A stretch of 64,000 bases of DNA, taken from the sequence record PP579741.1; one strand, 5' to 3'. Each line of letters opens with the position of its first letter. The first letter of the stretch is position 1. The notes beneath the pieces were generated by a model that was not told the DNA's origin, did no database searches, and saw only the letters and a program-made list of their open reading frames with translations. Positions 27,418 through 37,179 of the stretch are shown here, piece by piece. Both the position numbers and the translations under genes were made by a program. This stretch comes from Enterobacter phage KKP_3711.

Positions 27418-29550
27418 ATGATTTCTAATACCGCTCCTGCCAAGATGGTGCTGCAATCCGCAGTCGCTGGATATACGATGATCTTCTTCCAGCACTCCAT
27501 CTTTACAGATCCTGACGTATATGATAGATCTTTCTGGATTACTACAGGAAGCACAACGGTACGTAGGGATTATACAGATGTGTCTAAATTTACTATAACT
27601 CTTCTGGGTCTCTTAGCTGAGACCCAGTATAGTGTTCAAGGTGCATTCGTAGATAGTATTATAGATGAACAACTATTAGCTGCAAAATTCTCTTTAAACC
27701 TTTCTGATGTTGCAACGGTTAAAACAATTAAAAGACCAAAAATACTAACTGCAACATCCACTGCTCAACCTGTTGACGTGGGCGTAGGTTCTCCTGTAGT
27801 AGTTATTACTACAGAAGGAGATGGAGATTTTTGTACAATTGAATTACAAAAAGTAGGAGAGACTACTTGGACTATTGCTTACCAAGGTCCTCTTCTTCCA
27901 ACCATCCAATTTGGTGGTGTACCAATTGGAGATTATAAAGTAAGGATCTCAGGTCAAGTATCTATGCCAGACGGTGTTACTATTGATACCTCTGGAGTTG
28001 CACAATTTGCAGGTACTTTGACTGTTGCGTATAATTTCGTACCACCTTCTGCACCTACAGGTATCACCTTCAAAGTTGCGAATGTTAAGGATGGTAAGGA
28101 AAGATATGATTTACGTGTAGGATGGACGTGGACTAAAGGTAATGGGGCAAACGTTAGAGAATTCGTTCTAGAATATGTAGATTCTGCTGCATTTGCTGCA
28201 TCTGGGTGGACTAAATCTCAAAAGATAAACGTAGGCTCAGCTAAAGAAGCGACACTATTCTCCTTCCCGTTCAATGTGGAACATAAATTCCGAGTTACTG
28301 CTATTGCTTGGGGTCCAGCTACTCAAGATGCTACTCCTAGTGCTGTAGCAACATTTAGAATTACAGAATCTACTCCGATAGACAATAGCTTTATAAATGA
28401 AACTGGTATTGATGTAAACTACGCATATATTATGGGTAAGTTGAAAGACGGAACAGCTTGGAAACAAACTTTCCTTCTAGATGCTAAAACTGGTGCCGTT
28501 GCTATTGGTTTACTAGGTTCAGATGGTAGAGCTCCTATATCTTTTGATCCAGTTCAAAGAATTGTAAACGTTGACGGTAGAGTTATTACTAAAATAATCA
28601 ACGCCGCAAGTTTTGTATTAACTAACTTAACAGGTCAAGATAACCCAGCATTATATACTCAGGGTAAAGCATATGGTGATAATAACTCCGGTGTTTGGAT
28701 TGGTATGGATAATGCCACTGCTAAACCAAAAGTAGATATAGGTGGTCCTACTCAGTATATTAGATTTGATGGTACTACATTAAGGATTGCTGGTCAAGTA
28801 GTAATTGGGACGCCTACTGGTGATATTTCCTTAACGGAAGGTGTACAGGGTAAACAAACAGTATTTATCTATATATTAGGTACATCTATTCCTGCGAAGC
28901 CCACATCTTCAGCATATCCACCTCCAGGCTGGTCGAAATTACCTCCTAATAGAACTAATGCTACTCAGAATATTTATTCTTGTACAGGTCAAATAGATCC
29001 TGTAACTAATACATTGTTATCTGGTACAGGTTGGTCAGATCCGGTGCAGTGGAGTGGTACTGAAGGTTCAGATGGGGCTCCTGGTTCTCCGGGTGCACCA
29101 GGGGCAACAGGCCCACAAGGTCCACAAGGACCACAAGGGCCGGCAGGTTCTAATGGTGCTGCAGGTGCTCGTGGCCCTGGGTTCTACGCGCAATCTATTG
29201 CGGGCTTAACAGCATTTAATACTACTCAAGCAAACTCATACTTCCAATCACTGTTTGGTACTGGACCTACACGTTATGATGTACTGACTCAGTATAACTC
29301 TAGTAACCCTGCAACTGCGTTTACTAGACAGTGGAATGGTTCTTCATGGATTGCTCCTGCTTTAGTAGTTCATGGTGATATGGTTGTTAATGGTACTATT
29401 ACAGCACAAAAAATTGTTGCTAACTATGCTTTCTTTGCACAGTTAGGTGTAGATGTAATCTATAACAGGGCTGCTGCGCTAAGCACAAACCCAGAGAGTT
29501 CCTATACAATGAAAATTGATTTAGCAAACTCTTACATACATATACGATGA
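27418..29550 (+). CDS. central tail fibre protein (pb4-like) with collagen-like repeat
   Basis: 710 aa. A G-X-Y x12 tract GAPGSPGAPGATGPQGPQGPQGPAGSNGAAGARGPG lies at about nt 29065-29180. Confidence 0.7.
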   Translation: MISNTAPAKMVLQSAVAGYTMIFFQHSIFTDPDVYDRSFWITTGSTTVRRDYTDVSKFTITLLGLLAETQYSVQGAFVDSIIDEQLLAAKFSLNLSDVATVKTIKRPKILTATSTAQPVDVGVGSPVVVITTEGDGDFCTIELQKVGETTWTIAYQGPLLPTIQFGGVPIGDYKVRISGQVSMPDGVTIDTSGVAQFAGTLTVAYNFVPPSAPTGITFKVANVKDGKERYDLRVGWTWTKGNGANVREFVLEYVDSAAFAASGWTKSQKINVGSAKEATLFSFPFNVEHKFRVTAIAWGPATQDATPSAVATFRITESTPIDNSFINETGIDVNYAYIMGKLKDGTAWKQTFLLDAKTGAVAIGLLGSDGRAPISFDPVQRIVNVDGRVITKIINAASFVLTNLTGQDNPALYTQGKAYGDNNSGVWIGMDNATAKPKVDIGGPTQYIRFDGTTLRIAGQVVIGTPTGDISLTEGVQGKQTVFIYILGTSIPAKPTSSAYPPPGWSKLPPNRTNATQNIYSCTGQIDPVTNTLLSGTGWSDPVQWSGTEGSDGAPGSPGAPGATGPQGPQGPQGPAGSNGAAGARGPGFYAQSIAGLTAFNTTQANSYFQSLFGTGPTRYDVLTQYNSSNPATAFTRQWNGSSWIAPALVVHGDMVVNGTITAQKIVANYAFFAQLGVDVIYNRAAALSTNPESSYTMKIDLANSYIHIR

Positions 29551-29960
29551 GCATAGAGAATAAAATGGTTGACCTTAGCGTGGAGGCCAATATCCCTTAC
29601 GGTTTATTAATGCAGTTTGAGGATGTTGAAACGCTACTTGATTCTGAGAATATTGTTCCTATTAACTTAACAGGATCTACTTTCAAAGGAGCTATCAAAG
29701 CTTCCTTAGATCCGGGAGCAGCTCTGTTGGAAACTTTTACCATCACAGTTGTAGACGCTGCTAGTGGGGTAGTTGCGGTAAGCTTATCCAAAACTCAAAC
29801 AGCTAATCTTACTACTAAAGCATCTAAGATAAGAGACAAGTATAATCCTAGGTTGCGTTTTGTTGGTTACTATGATATTATAATGACTAAGACAAGTAGT
29901 AATACTAACTTTAGAGTACTTGAAGGTAAAGTATATATTAGTGATGGAGTGACAACCTAA
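29547..29960 (+). CDS. collar / tail protein (p132-like)
   Basis: 137 aa between the pb4 and fibre genes. Confidence 0.45.
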   Translation: MSIENKMVDLSVEANIPYGLLMQFEDVETLLDSENIVPINLTGSTFKGAIKASLDPGAALLETFTITVVDAASGVVAVSLSKTQTANLTTKASKIRDKYNPRLRFVGYYDIIMTKTSSNTNFRVLEGKVYISDGVTT

Positions 29961-32900
29961 TGGCAACAACTACTCGTATAGTAATCCAGCAAGCTGTAAA
30001 CTTAGATAAAAATAATCTTACAGCTGGTAAGTATCCAAGATTCGTTGTGAGTCTTGGTTCTTCCATTACTGGTGTTACTATCAATGATTTAACAAACGCT
30101 ATTCAGGAAACAGCAGATAACGCAGCGGCTGCCGCTGCTTCTGCTACTGCTGCAAAAGCGTCTCAAGATGCTGCAAAAATTTCTGAGAATAATGCTCTAG
30201 CATCTCAGAATGCTGCTAAAGCATCACAAACTGCGGCTAAAACGTCAGAAACAAATGCTAAGACTTCCGAGACTAACGCTAAAAATTCTGAAACTGCTGC
30301 AAAAACTGCTCAAACTGCTGCGGAACTAGCTGAAACAAACGCTGAGACTGCGGAAAGAAATGCTGCTGAAAGTGCTCGTTTAGCTAAAATATCCGAAACT
30401 AATGCTGCAAACTCTGCTTCAGCTGCTGCTATTTCTGCAACTAACTCTTTTAACTCAGCAACACAATCTGCAACTTCAGCTACTAACTCTAAGAACTCTG
30501 CTGATGCTGCTGCTGCATCCGCTACTGCTGCTGCTAATAGTGCAACAAAAGCTGCTACTTCTGAAGATGAAGCTGCTGACCACGTAGTAGATGCTGCTGC
30601 CGAAGCTGATAGAGCTAAAGCAGAAGCTGATCGTGCACAATCCGTTGTTGATGCTGCTCTAGATGCTGAAGATATTGCGGGGTTCTATAAATCTTACAAG
30701 ACTAAAGCTGAGGCTGATGCTGACGTTGCTAACCGTGTTGTTGATGAAGTAGTTCAGGTTTGGAATCAGACAGCTGCACAATATGGCTGGTATAAAGTAA
30801 TTTCAACAAACGGAACTAAATCTTTACAATTGGTTGAAACAGAGAATAAACTTATATCTGTTAATAACATTAAAGCAGACACTAATGGTAACGTACAGGT
30901 AACTATTCCTGGTGGTAATCCATCTCTGTGGCTTGGTGAAGTTACTCTGTTCCCATATAGAAGCACTGATACCGTTGGTTACTCTGGTATCCTTCTAGCG
31001 GATGGTCGTTTACTTAACCGTGCAGATTATCCAGATTTATGGGCTTCTATTTCTGCTGGACTTATTCCTTCAGTTTCAGAAACTGAATGGCAAGCTGGTC
31101 AAAATCAGTTCTACTCTACAGGTAATGGAACAACGACTTTCCGTTTACCTAATATGCTTCAAGGTCAGGCTCTTCGTTCAGCCACAGCTGGTGAAACTGG
31201 CACTGGTGCCATTAAGGCTCAGATCCCTTACATCACTACAGTTAACGGCAAAGCTCCTGCCGATGCTACCGGTGCTATAACATTAGCAATTGGCGATGTA
31301 GTATCTGGTGGTATTATCCCTATAGCTAATGGTGGTACAGGAGCTAATACTGCGGCAAATGCTAGAACTAATCTAGGGGTAGATCGTTTTTCTCAAGGTA
31401 GTACTGTTACTTATATTTACAGTGCAAATAACTCCCATACTGTACAGGTAGCTGACAATGGTTTGTGGGGATGCTACAAACAAGGAACTGGTTGGAATGC
31501 TTTAGGTATAGCCCAAGGCGGTACAGGAGCTCTTAATGCTGCTGATGCTAGAGTTAATCTAATTTTAGATAGACTTGTACAAACTTCAGCTAGTACAAAC
31601 TTAAACTTCCCTACAAAAAATGCTGCATTAGTTCTTAGAGATTCAGATCTTGCTTGGGGTGTTTTTGATAATAGTGCAAATGCTTGGCAAGCTCTAGGCA
31701 TTGGACAGGGCGGTACTGGTGGCAGAACTTCTTTAGAAGCACTAAATAATCTTGGTATTCCTGGTATTGGTAAAAGTTTTGGAGATGATGCTCCACTAAA
31801 TGCTAACTCAATAGCTATTAACGGTATTTTTGCAGGTGCAGGTGTTAATGGAGTTAACTGGGGACAGCAATATTCTCCTTTATTACATATGGTTAGATTT
31901 GCAGGTGGTGCATCAGGCCAGATGCAGATTACTGGAGATGGTTATGTTTGGTTCCGTGGTAGTGCTAATGGTACTTCATGGACTGCTTGGAAATTAGCAC
32001 TTCTAACCGGAGATTATGGTGTTGGACTTTCTGGTGAGTCTTTACCAGGATCTGATTGGGGTAGTAGATTCATATCTACATCTAATGCTAGTTCTGACTG
32101 GACTCCAGCAAACGGTGCAGGTTTCCAAAGTTCTTATGCAAACAATCGTTCTGCTCAGCTGTGGATGAATACCTCTGGAGAATTATACGGACGTTTTAAT
32201 ATGTCTACCTCTCCACAAGCTACAAAAGCTGCATCTCCTTGGAAACGCTATTTAAATGAGTCCGATGTCTCTAATTTCTTTAGATCTGGTGGTAGTATTG
32301 GTACTGGCTCCCTTAATGTATTAAGAGGGGACTTATCTGGTGTTTATCTGCAAAGTATGAATGCTAATGCTACTCCTGCTTTAGGTTATTCCCCAAATAT
32401 GCAAGCCGGTAGTTTACTAGTTCTTCAAAATGGCGCCAATGGTGCATATGGTGCTACACAGCTATATTTCAACTATTTAGGCTCTGGCGGGCTATTCTTC
32501 CGTAGATTATTAGCGTCTGATGGTGGTGCTGTAGAACCCGGCGGTAACGGAGCTGGCTGGAGAGAAATTTGCTCTAATAATGGTGATGTTTGTGGAGGAA
32601 GCACTCCAACTATCACAGATTGGAATAGTTTTATACCTAACCATACTGGTTTTGGTTATGGAGGAGGTACTACAAACTCTCCTGGAACAAATGGTATAGT
32701 CAGAACAGATAGTAATCATAGATTTTATGAGTATAAGTCCCAGATAGCTCACGATTATGCTACCGGTAGAATGTTTATTAGAACATTCAATGCGGACTCT
32801 GTTAAAACTTGGACTGCTTGGAAAGAAGTTACAACTACTGCTGCTTCTGATGAAAACCTAAAAGAAATAAAAGGTGATTTAAACGTTGAAGGTGCATTAG

Positions 32901-33205
32901 ACAATATAAACAGAATGGACTTCAAACTGTTTAGATTCTTAGATGATGAACCTGATCGTAGTGCAAGACGAGGAGTTATCTCTCAGCAAATCAGACTGAT
33001 TGATAAAGAGTATACTAGAAAAGTAGGCGAATATTGGCACCTTGACCAAACTCCTATGCTTCTAGATGGTCTGGCAGCTATCAAAGCCCTGAGAGCTAGA
33101 GACGTAGAGAACAAAGAGAGAATCTCTAATTTAGAAAGTGAATTAGATGCATTAAAATCTCTAGTTCAATCTTTACTTCCAAAAGAAGAGGAGACTTCTG
33201 AATAA
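29960..33205 (+). CDS. L-shaped tail fibre protein LtfA-like with C-terminal intramolecular chaperone (peptidase S74-type) domain
   Basis: 1081 aa. The N-terminus has Ala/Ser/Thr-rich coiled-coil repeats (ETNAKTSETNAKNSETAAKTAQ). The C-terminal about 120 aa (DENLKEIKGDLNVEGALDNINRMDFKLFRF...ISNLESELDALKSL) matches the auto-cleaving chaperone of phage fibres and endosialidases. Confidence 0.75.
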   Translation: MATTTRIVIQQAVNLDKNNLTAGKYPRFVVSLGSSITGVTINDLTNAIQETADNAAAAAASATAAKASQDAAKISENNALASQNAAKASQTAAKTSETNAKTSETNAKNSETAAKTAQTAAELAETNAETAERNAAESARLAKISETNAANSASAAAISATNSFNSATQSATSATNSKNSADAAAASATAAANSATKAATSEDEAADHVVDAAAEADRAKAEADRAQSVVDAALDAEDIAGFYKSYKTKAEADADVANRVVDEVVQVWNQTAAQYGWYKVISTNGTKSLQLVETENKLISVNNIKADTNGNVQVTIPGGNPSLWLGEVTLFPYRSTDTVGYSGILLADGRLLNRADYPDLWASISAGLIPSVSETEWQAGQNQFYSTGNGTTTFRLPNMLQGQALRSATAGETGTGAIKAQIPYITTVNGKAPADATGAITLAIGDVVSGGIIPIANGGTGANTAANARTNLGVDRFSQGSTVTYIYSANNSHTVQVADNGLWGCYKQGTGWNALGIAQGGTGALNAADARVNLILDRLVQTSASTNLNFPTKNAALVLRDSDLAWGVFDNSANAWQALGIGQGGTGGRTSLEALNNLGIPGIGKSFGDDAPLNANSIAINGIFAGAGVNGVNWGQQYSPLLHMVRFAGGASGQMQITGDGYVWFRGSANGTSWTAWKLALLTGDYGVGLSGESLPGSDWGSRFISTSNASSDWTPANGAGFQSSYANNRSAQLWMNTSGELYGRFNMSTSPQATKAASPWKRYLNESDVSNFFRSGGSIGTGSLNVLRGDLSGVYLQSMNANATPALGYSPNMQAGSLLVLQNGANGAYGATQLYFNYLGSGGLFFRRLLASDGGAVEPGGNGAGWREICSNNGDVCGGSTPTITDWNSFIPNHTGFGYGGGTTNSPGTNGIVRTDSNHRFYEYKSQIAHDYATGRMFIRTFNADSVKTWTAWKEVTTTAASDENLKEIKGDLNVEGALDNINRMDFKLFRFLDDEPDRSARRGVISQQIRLIDKEYTRKVGEYWHLDQTPMLLDGLAAIKALRARDVENKERISNLESELDALKSLVQSLLPKEEETSE

Positions 33206-35133
33206 TGGCACGTAATTTTATGCCACAAAGTGGGGCGCTTGCGCCCTACGTTGTTGTTAATAGAGACGCCGCTGTGGCCGGCGTTTTCTCTGTTGACGGA
33301 CTGAGAGGTTCGGTAGACTTAACTACTAAATATCTAACAATTGCAAACTTTAATGCTTATAAAACCACGACCGATGGTTCTATCTCTAGTATCAATCAGT
33401 CAATTACTGCTTTAAATACTGCTGTAAGTAATAAAGCAGCTAAAGGTGCTAATAGCGATATTACTTCTATTACTGGACTTACCACTGCATTAGGTATCGC
33501 TTATGGTGGTACTGGTGGTAAAACAGCGGCTGAAGCTAGAACTAATCTAGGATTAACCACCGCTGCCACTACCTCTATTGGTACTGATGGTGCTCGTATA
33601 CCTTTGCTTAATGGAGTGAATACCTGGGCAACTAATCAAACTTTTAGTGGTACGCAAACAATATTCTCTAACATTAATCCTGGTGGTATAGAGATTGGTA
33701 GTTACGGAACGGCAGGAGTGGCGTATATTGACTTACATAGTTCTGGTACGGGTAATGACTATGATGTTCGTATACGATCAGATGGGGGTAATAATACGGC
33801 GGGTAGAGGTACATTATCTATAGCTGCTGATTTAGTAAAACTTCCAGCATTAGAATTAACTTCTCCTTTAGGTATCGCTTATGGTGGTACAGGGGCAGTT
33901 AGTGCAGAAGGTGCCAGAACTAATCTAGGTTTAGGAACTAATGCAAACGCTGTATTTAGTAATTTATCTGTACCTAACGGGATATATATTACAACTTCTG
34001 ATAGTGGTTCAAACCCTTCTGCACCTATAGTGGCTAAGATAATGGCTGCCAATGGTACCGACACTTTAGGTCAAGCAGAATTTAGAGCCGATAGGAATGG
34101 TAATCTATCTCTTATTAATAGAACGGATCCTTCTAGGCCTCAATTCATGACATTAGATACTACCGGTATGCTATCTGCTCCTGCATTCCAAGCTAGTGGC
34201 ACAAGCAGGCTTAGTAGTTTAGAAGTAGGTATAACTACACCTAATACTGCATCTTTTATAGATTGGCACTATAGTGGTAGCTACGATTATGATTTTCGTA
34301 TATTATGTAGTTCTTCTGGATCTGGTATAGGTAAAGGTGCTGTTAATTTTTATGGTGGAGTTTACACCTTTGCTGGGGATTCTTTCATATTTAATAACCC
34401 TATCACTTCCCAAAATACTATTACAGCAGAAGGAGAACTTAGAGGAGCTTCAGTAAGAACTACTTCTGGCACCGCGCTTCGTTCTGGTACCTCTAATGGT
34501 TGTTATGCGTCTGTTAGTGCAGAATCTGGATATGTATTATTGTGGAGACGAAATGATCCTGGTACTAAATCAGATGAATTTTTAGGTATAAGAAATACTG
34601 GTGATGCTATTTTCCGTCAATCAACAGGTGCTTCTACTTATGTTGATAGAATTATCTGGCACCAGGGAAATACAACTGTAGATGCTAACGGTTTTATTAA
34701 AAGAGCTTCTCCTATTGTTAAGATCTTCAATGATGATTTCTCTGTAAATGAAGAATCAGAAGGTTGTACAGTAACTCATGTTGAGACTGGAGTATACAGA
34801 ATAAACGGATGTCTAGGTCTTTCTGCTGACTTAGCTTGGGGTGGTGTGAATGGTGGTATTGAAGTTCCTAAGGATATCAATGGTCAGCCATTACTATGGG
34901 TAGATTATAAGGTAGATAGTGAAGGTACTATTATTCTTAAAACTTATCATAGAGAACACCCTGAGTCTCCTGCTTTTGCACAGAATAAGCGTGAAGGATA
35001 CTCAAATGGAGATCCTATCGATATTCCATTTGATGTTTTCGTTTCTGTTCGTGTGGAAATGCCAGAAGATTCCAAATACAATCTTTGGAAACAGCAAGAA
35101 GCTAAGCTTAATGCTGAGTCTGAAGAAGAGTAA
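33205..35133 (+). CDS. second L-shaped tail fibre protein (LtfB-like)
   Basis: 642 aa, Gly/Thr/Ser-rich fibre-like composition. TAATG overlap with the upstream fibre gene. A two-gene Ltf arrangement is recalled from DT57C-like phages. Confidence 0.55.
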   Translation: MARNFMPQSGALAPYVVVNRDAAVAGVFSVDGLRGSVDLTTKYLTIANFNAYKTTTDGSISSINQSITALNTAVSNKAAKGANSDITSITGLTTALGIAYGGTGGKTAAEARTNLGLTTAATTSIGTDGARIPLLNGVNTWATNQTFSGTQTIFSNINPGGIEIGSYGTAGVAYIDLHSSGTGNDYDVRIRSDGGNNTAGRGTLSIAADLVKLPALELTSPLGIAYGGTGAVSAEGARTNLGLGTNANAVFSNLSVPNGIYITTSDSGSNPSAPIVAKIMAANGTDTLGQAEFRADRNGNLSLINRTDPSRPQFMTLDTTGMLSAPAFQASGTSRLSSLEVGITTPNTASFIDWHYSGSYDYDFRILCSSSGSGIGKGAVNFYGGVYTFAGDSFIFNNPITSQNTITAEGELRGASVRTTSGTALRSGTSNGCYASVSAESGYVLLWRRNDPGTKSDEFLGIRNTGDAIFRQSTGASTYVDRIIWHQGNTTVDANGFIKRASPIVKIFNDDFSVNEESEGCTVTHVETGVYRINGCLGLSADLAWGGVNGGIEVPKDINGQPLLWVDYKVDSEGTIILKTYHREHPESPAFAQNKREGYSNGDPIDIPFDVFVSVRVEMPEDSKYNLWKQQEAKLNAESEEE

Positions 35134-35136
35134 TAA

Positions 35137-35172
35137 AAAAGCCCAAGTGAATTTCACTTGGGCTTTTCTTTT
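35137..35172. terminator. bidirectional rho-independent terminator at the late/early boundary
   Basis: AAAAGCCCAAGTGAA-TT-TCACTTGGGCTTTT with A-run upstream and T-run downstream, between convergent genes. Confidence 0.75.
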
Positions 35173-35410
35173 AGCTGTCTCTAGATCCTGCGAGAATACC
35201 TAAATTAAATATAGTTAGCATAATATGAAATAGTGGTTCATTGGAAGTTTCGCAAACATGCACAAAACCATCTTCATCCCACTCTAATATATTACCTTCC
35301 ATATCAACTTTTAAAATATCTCTACCCTTTTCATCACGAAGTACATGATATTTTCCATTTTCGGTAGGATCGTTTTTAATTTCGTCCTGAGTGTCCGAAT
35401 CCATTTTCAC
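35171..35410 (-). CDS. hypothetical protein
   Basis: 79-aa ORF, acidic N-terminus. Confidence 0.3.
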   Translation of the reverse strand: MKMDSDTQDEIKNDPTENGKYHVLRDEKGRDILKVDMEGNILEWDEDGFVHVCETSNEPLFHIMLTIFNLGILAGSRDS

Positions 35411-35828
35411 CTCGTTTAGTTTCTTCTAAGGACTCTACACGTTCACGTAGCATCGGTGGGAAGTGGGGAACAATAACCATCTGACAAATACGGTCGAAAT
35501 TGTACAATAGCTGTGTTTCAGTTCCATAGTTATGAACACGGAGTTTAACTTCACCAGTATAATCAGAGTCAATAACGCCGATAGTATTTTCTAACATTAT
35601 ACGAAGTTTACCAGTAGAGCTACGTGGAGTCACTAAGCCCACCCACAGTTTAGGAATTTTAAACTTAACTCCCGTACCAATTACAATTGTATCTCCTGGA
35701 TGAAGTTCAATAGCTTCAACTCTGGGTTTAGGGCCGATAAAGATCCTAAGATCTAAACCGGCTGCATCTTCTGAACCTACAAAGGGTTCACAGCGATCGT
35801 CAGATAATACATACTCTAATTTATTCAT
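35376..35828 (-). CDS. dut: dUTP diphosphatase
   Basis: dUTPase motifs AAGLDLR and GVIDSDYTGE. 150 aa. Confidence 0.85.
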   Translation of the reverse strand: MNKLEYVLSDDRCEPFVGSEDAAGLDLRIFIGPKPRVEAIELHPGDTIVIGTGVKFKIPKLWVGLVTPRSSTGKLRIMLENTIGVIDSDYTGEVKLRVHNYGTETQLLYNFDRICQMVIVPHFPPMLRERVESLEETKRGENGFGHSGRN

Positions 35829-36694
35829 ACTAATTTACGTAGCTCCTGTACAAACTCTTCCAAATATCCTGCGGCTTCTACAGCTTCTTCGCAGAAGGAA
35901 GGTAAATCAACTAATTGAATGTTTCGTTCTATAAGATCATAAGACTCATTGAGATTCTTAATGAACATCTGTTTCCCTGGTAAAGGAATATTATCTAAGA
36001 TTCCTATGACATCTCCATACTCACGAAGTAGACCATAACAACGCTTAGGACCAATACCATCTACACCTCTAATATTATCTCCAAGATCCCCTTGGATTGC
36101 TTTCAGAGATATAAACTGTTCAACTGTATCTACGCCATGTTCTTCATACATAGTTTCAGTAGTATATTCTCTACGAGTTTTATAAGAGAAACGTTTCACA
36201 CGTCCTTTATCTGCAAGAAGAGTGTCCCAGTCACCATCGGTAGATACTAACCAAATTGTATCGTAAGTATCTTCCTCTAGCATTACTTTAACAATAACGC
36301 CAGCTAAGTCATCTGCTTCCACACCTTTTTGATAGAAAGTTGGGAATGTAGTTTCACAAAGTTTTAGAGCTTCATGGTAGTATTCAAAGAATATACGATC
36401 ATCTTCCTTCTCGTCGTCTGTCTTATTAGCAAACCTTTCATCGCGGTTCGCCTTGTATTCAGGAAAAATTTCTTTACGAAAAATTGATTTTCCTTTATCA
36501 GTCACTATGATGACACGTCTTGCACCGTAAGATTGTGCAAGAGATTGTACGGTACGAACGTAGTCAGAGGCAAATGGCTTGCGCTTATTATGTTTCCAGC
36601 GGAATGCCAAGTTCAATCCATCAACTACTAACAGATTATTGTTTCGACCGGCTCGTTCGTTAAATTCTGCTTGAGATTGTTTCCAACTTTTCAT
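35825..36694 (-). CDS. D15: flap endonuclease / 5'-3' exonuclease (D15-like)
   Basis: 289 aa (T5 D15 291 aa). N-terminal LLVVDGLNLAFR and Asp-rich FEN motifs, with H3TH region. Confidence 0.8.
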   Translation of the reverse strand: MKSWKQSQAEFNERAGRNNNLLVVDGLNLAFRWKHNKRKPFASDYVRTVQSLAQSYGARRVIIVTDKGKSIFRKEIFPEYKANRDERFANKTDDEKEDDRIFFEYYHEALKLCETTFPTFYQKGVEADDLAGVIVKVMLEEDTYDTIWLVSTDGDWDTLLADKGRVKRFSYKTRREYTTETMYEEHGVDTVEQFISLKAIQGDLGDNIRGVDGIGPKRCYGLLREYGDVIGILDNIPLPGKQMFIKNLNESYDLIERNIQLVDLPSFCEEAVEAAGYLEEFVQELRKLV

Positions 36695-37179
36695 TAAACA
36701 ACTAAATCCTCTAAGTTCGCCTCAGCCAACCACGGTTTAAATTTACCAATTATAATACCCGTTGTCATTCTGGACGATCTGAATGTTAAGTAAGCATTAT
36801 CCATTAGGTATGCAGCATTTTCGTCGTCTTCCCACAGAGCCATTAACCATTCACCCCTGTCTTTCTTGAAGACTAACATAGACTTGCTATTCATTTCACC
36901 AGCTTCTCTAACTGTCTGATCCCACCATTTTTCTAAGGTAGATACTGTTGCATTTGTTAGATTACTAGTTATTGTATCATCTTTATAATGCTTAACTTCA
37001 ATACAATATAGACTACGTTTATTGGTGGAGATTGGGAGATAAATATCTCCCTTTAATCCGTGTTGTGCACCAAAGCCACCTGAGCCGGGAACTCGTTCCC
37101 AGCCTAAACCAGTTTTTTCTCTTAATAGATCACGTACATCATATTCGGCACGCTTACCTTTATCTCTACTATCAACCAT
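36694..37179 (-). CDS. PD-(D/E)xK-type nuclease-like protein (D14-like; possible junction resolvase)
   Basis: 161 aa with an E...D...EVK arrangement reminiscent of the Hjc/restriction-endonuclease fold. Positioned between the flap endonuclease and the SbcC-like gene. Confidence 0.4.
   Translation of the reverse strand: MVDSRDKGKRAEYDVRDLLREKTGLGWERVPGSGGFGAQHGLKGDIYLPISTNKRSLYCIEVKHYKDDTITSNLTNATVSTLEKWWDQTVREAGEMNSKSMLVFKKDRGEWLMALWEDDENAAYLMDNAYLTFRSSRMTTGIIIGKFKPWLAEANLEDLVV

Noticed and set aside
30402-30587. 61-aa Leu/Gln-rich ORF
   Set aside because: It is an alternative frame of the Ala-rich repeat region of the L-shaped fibre gene.
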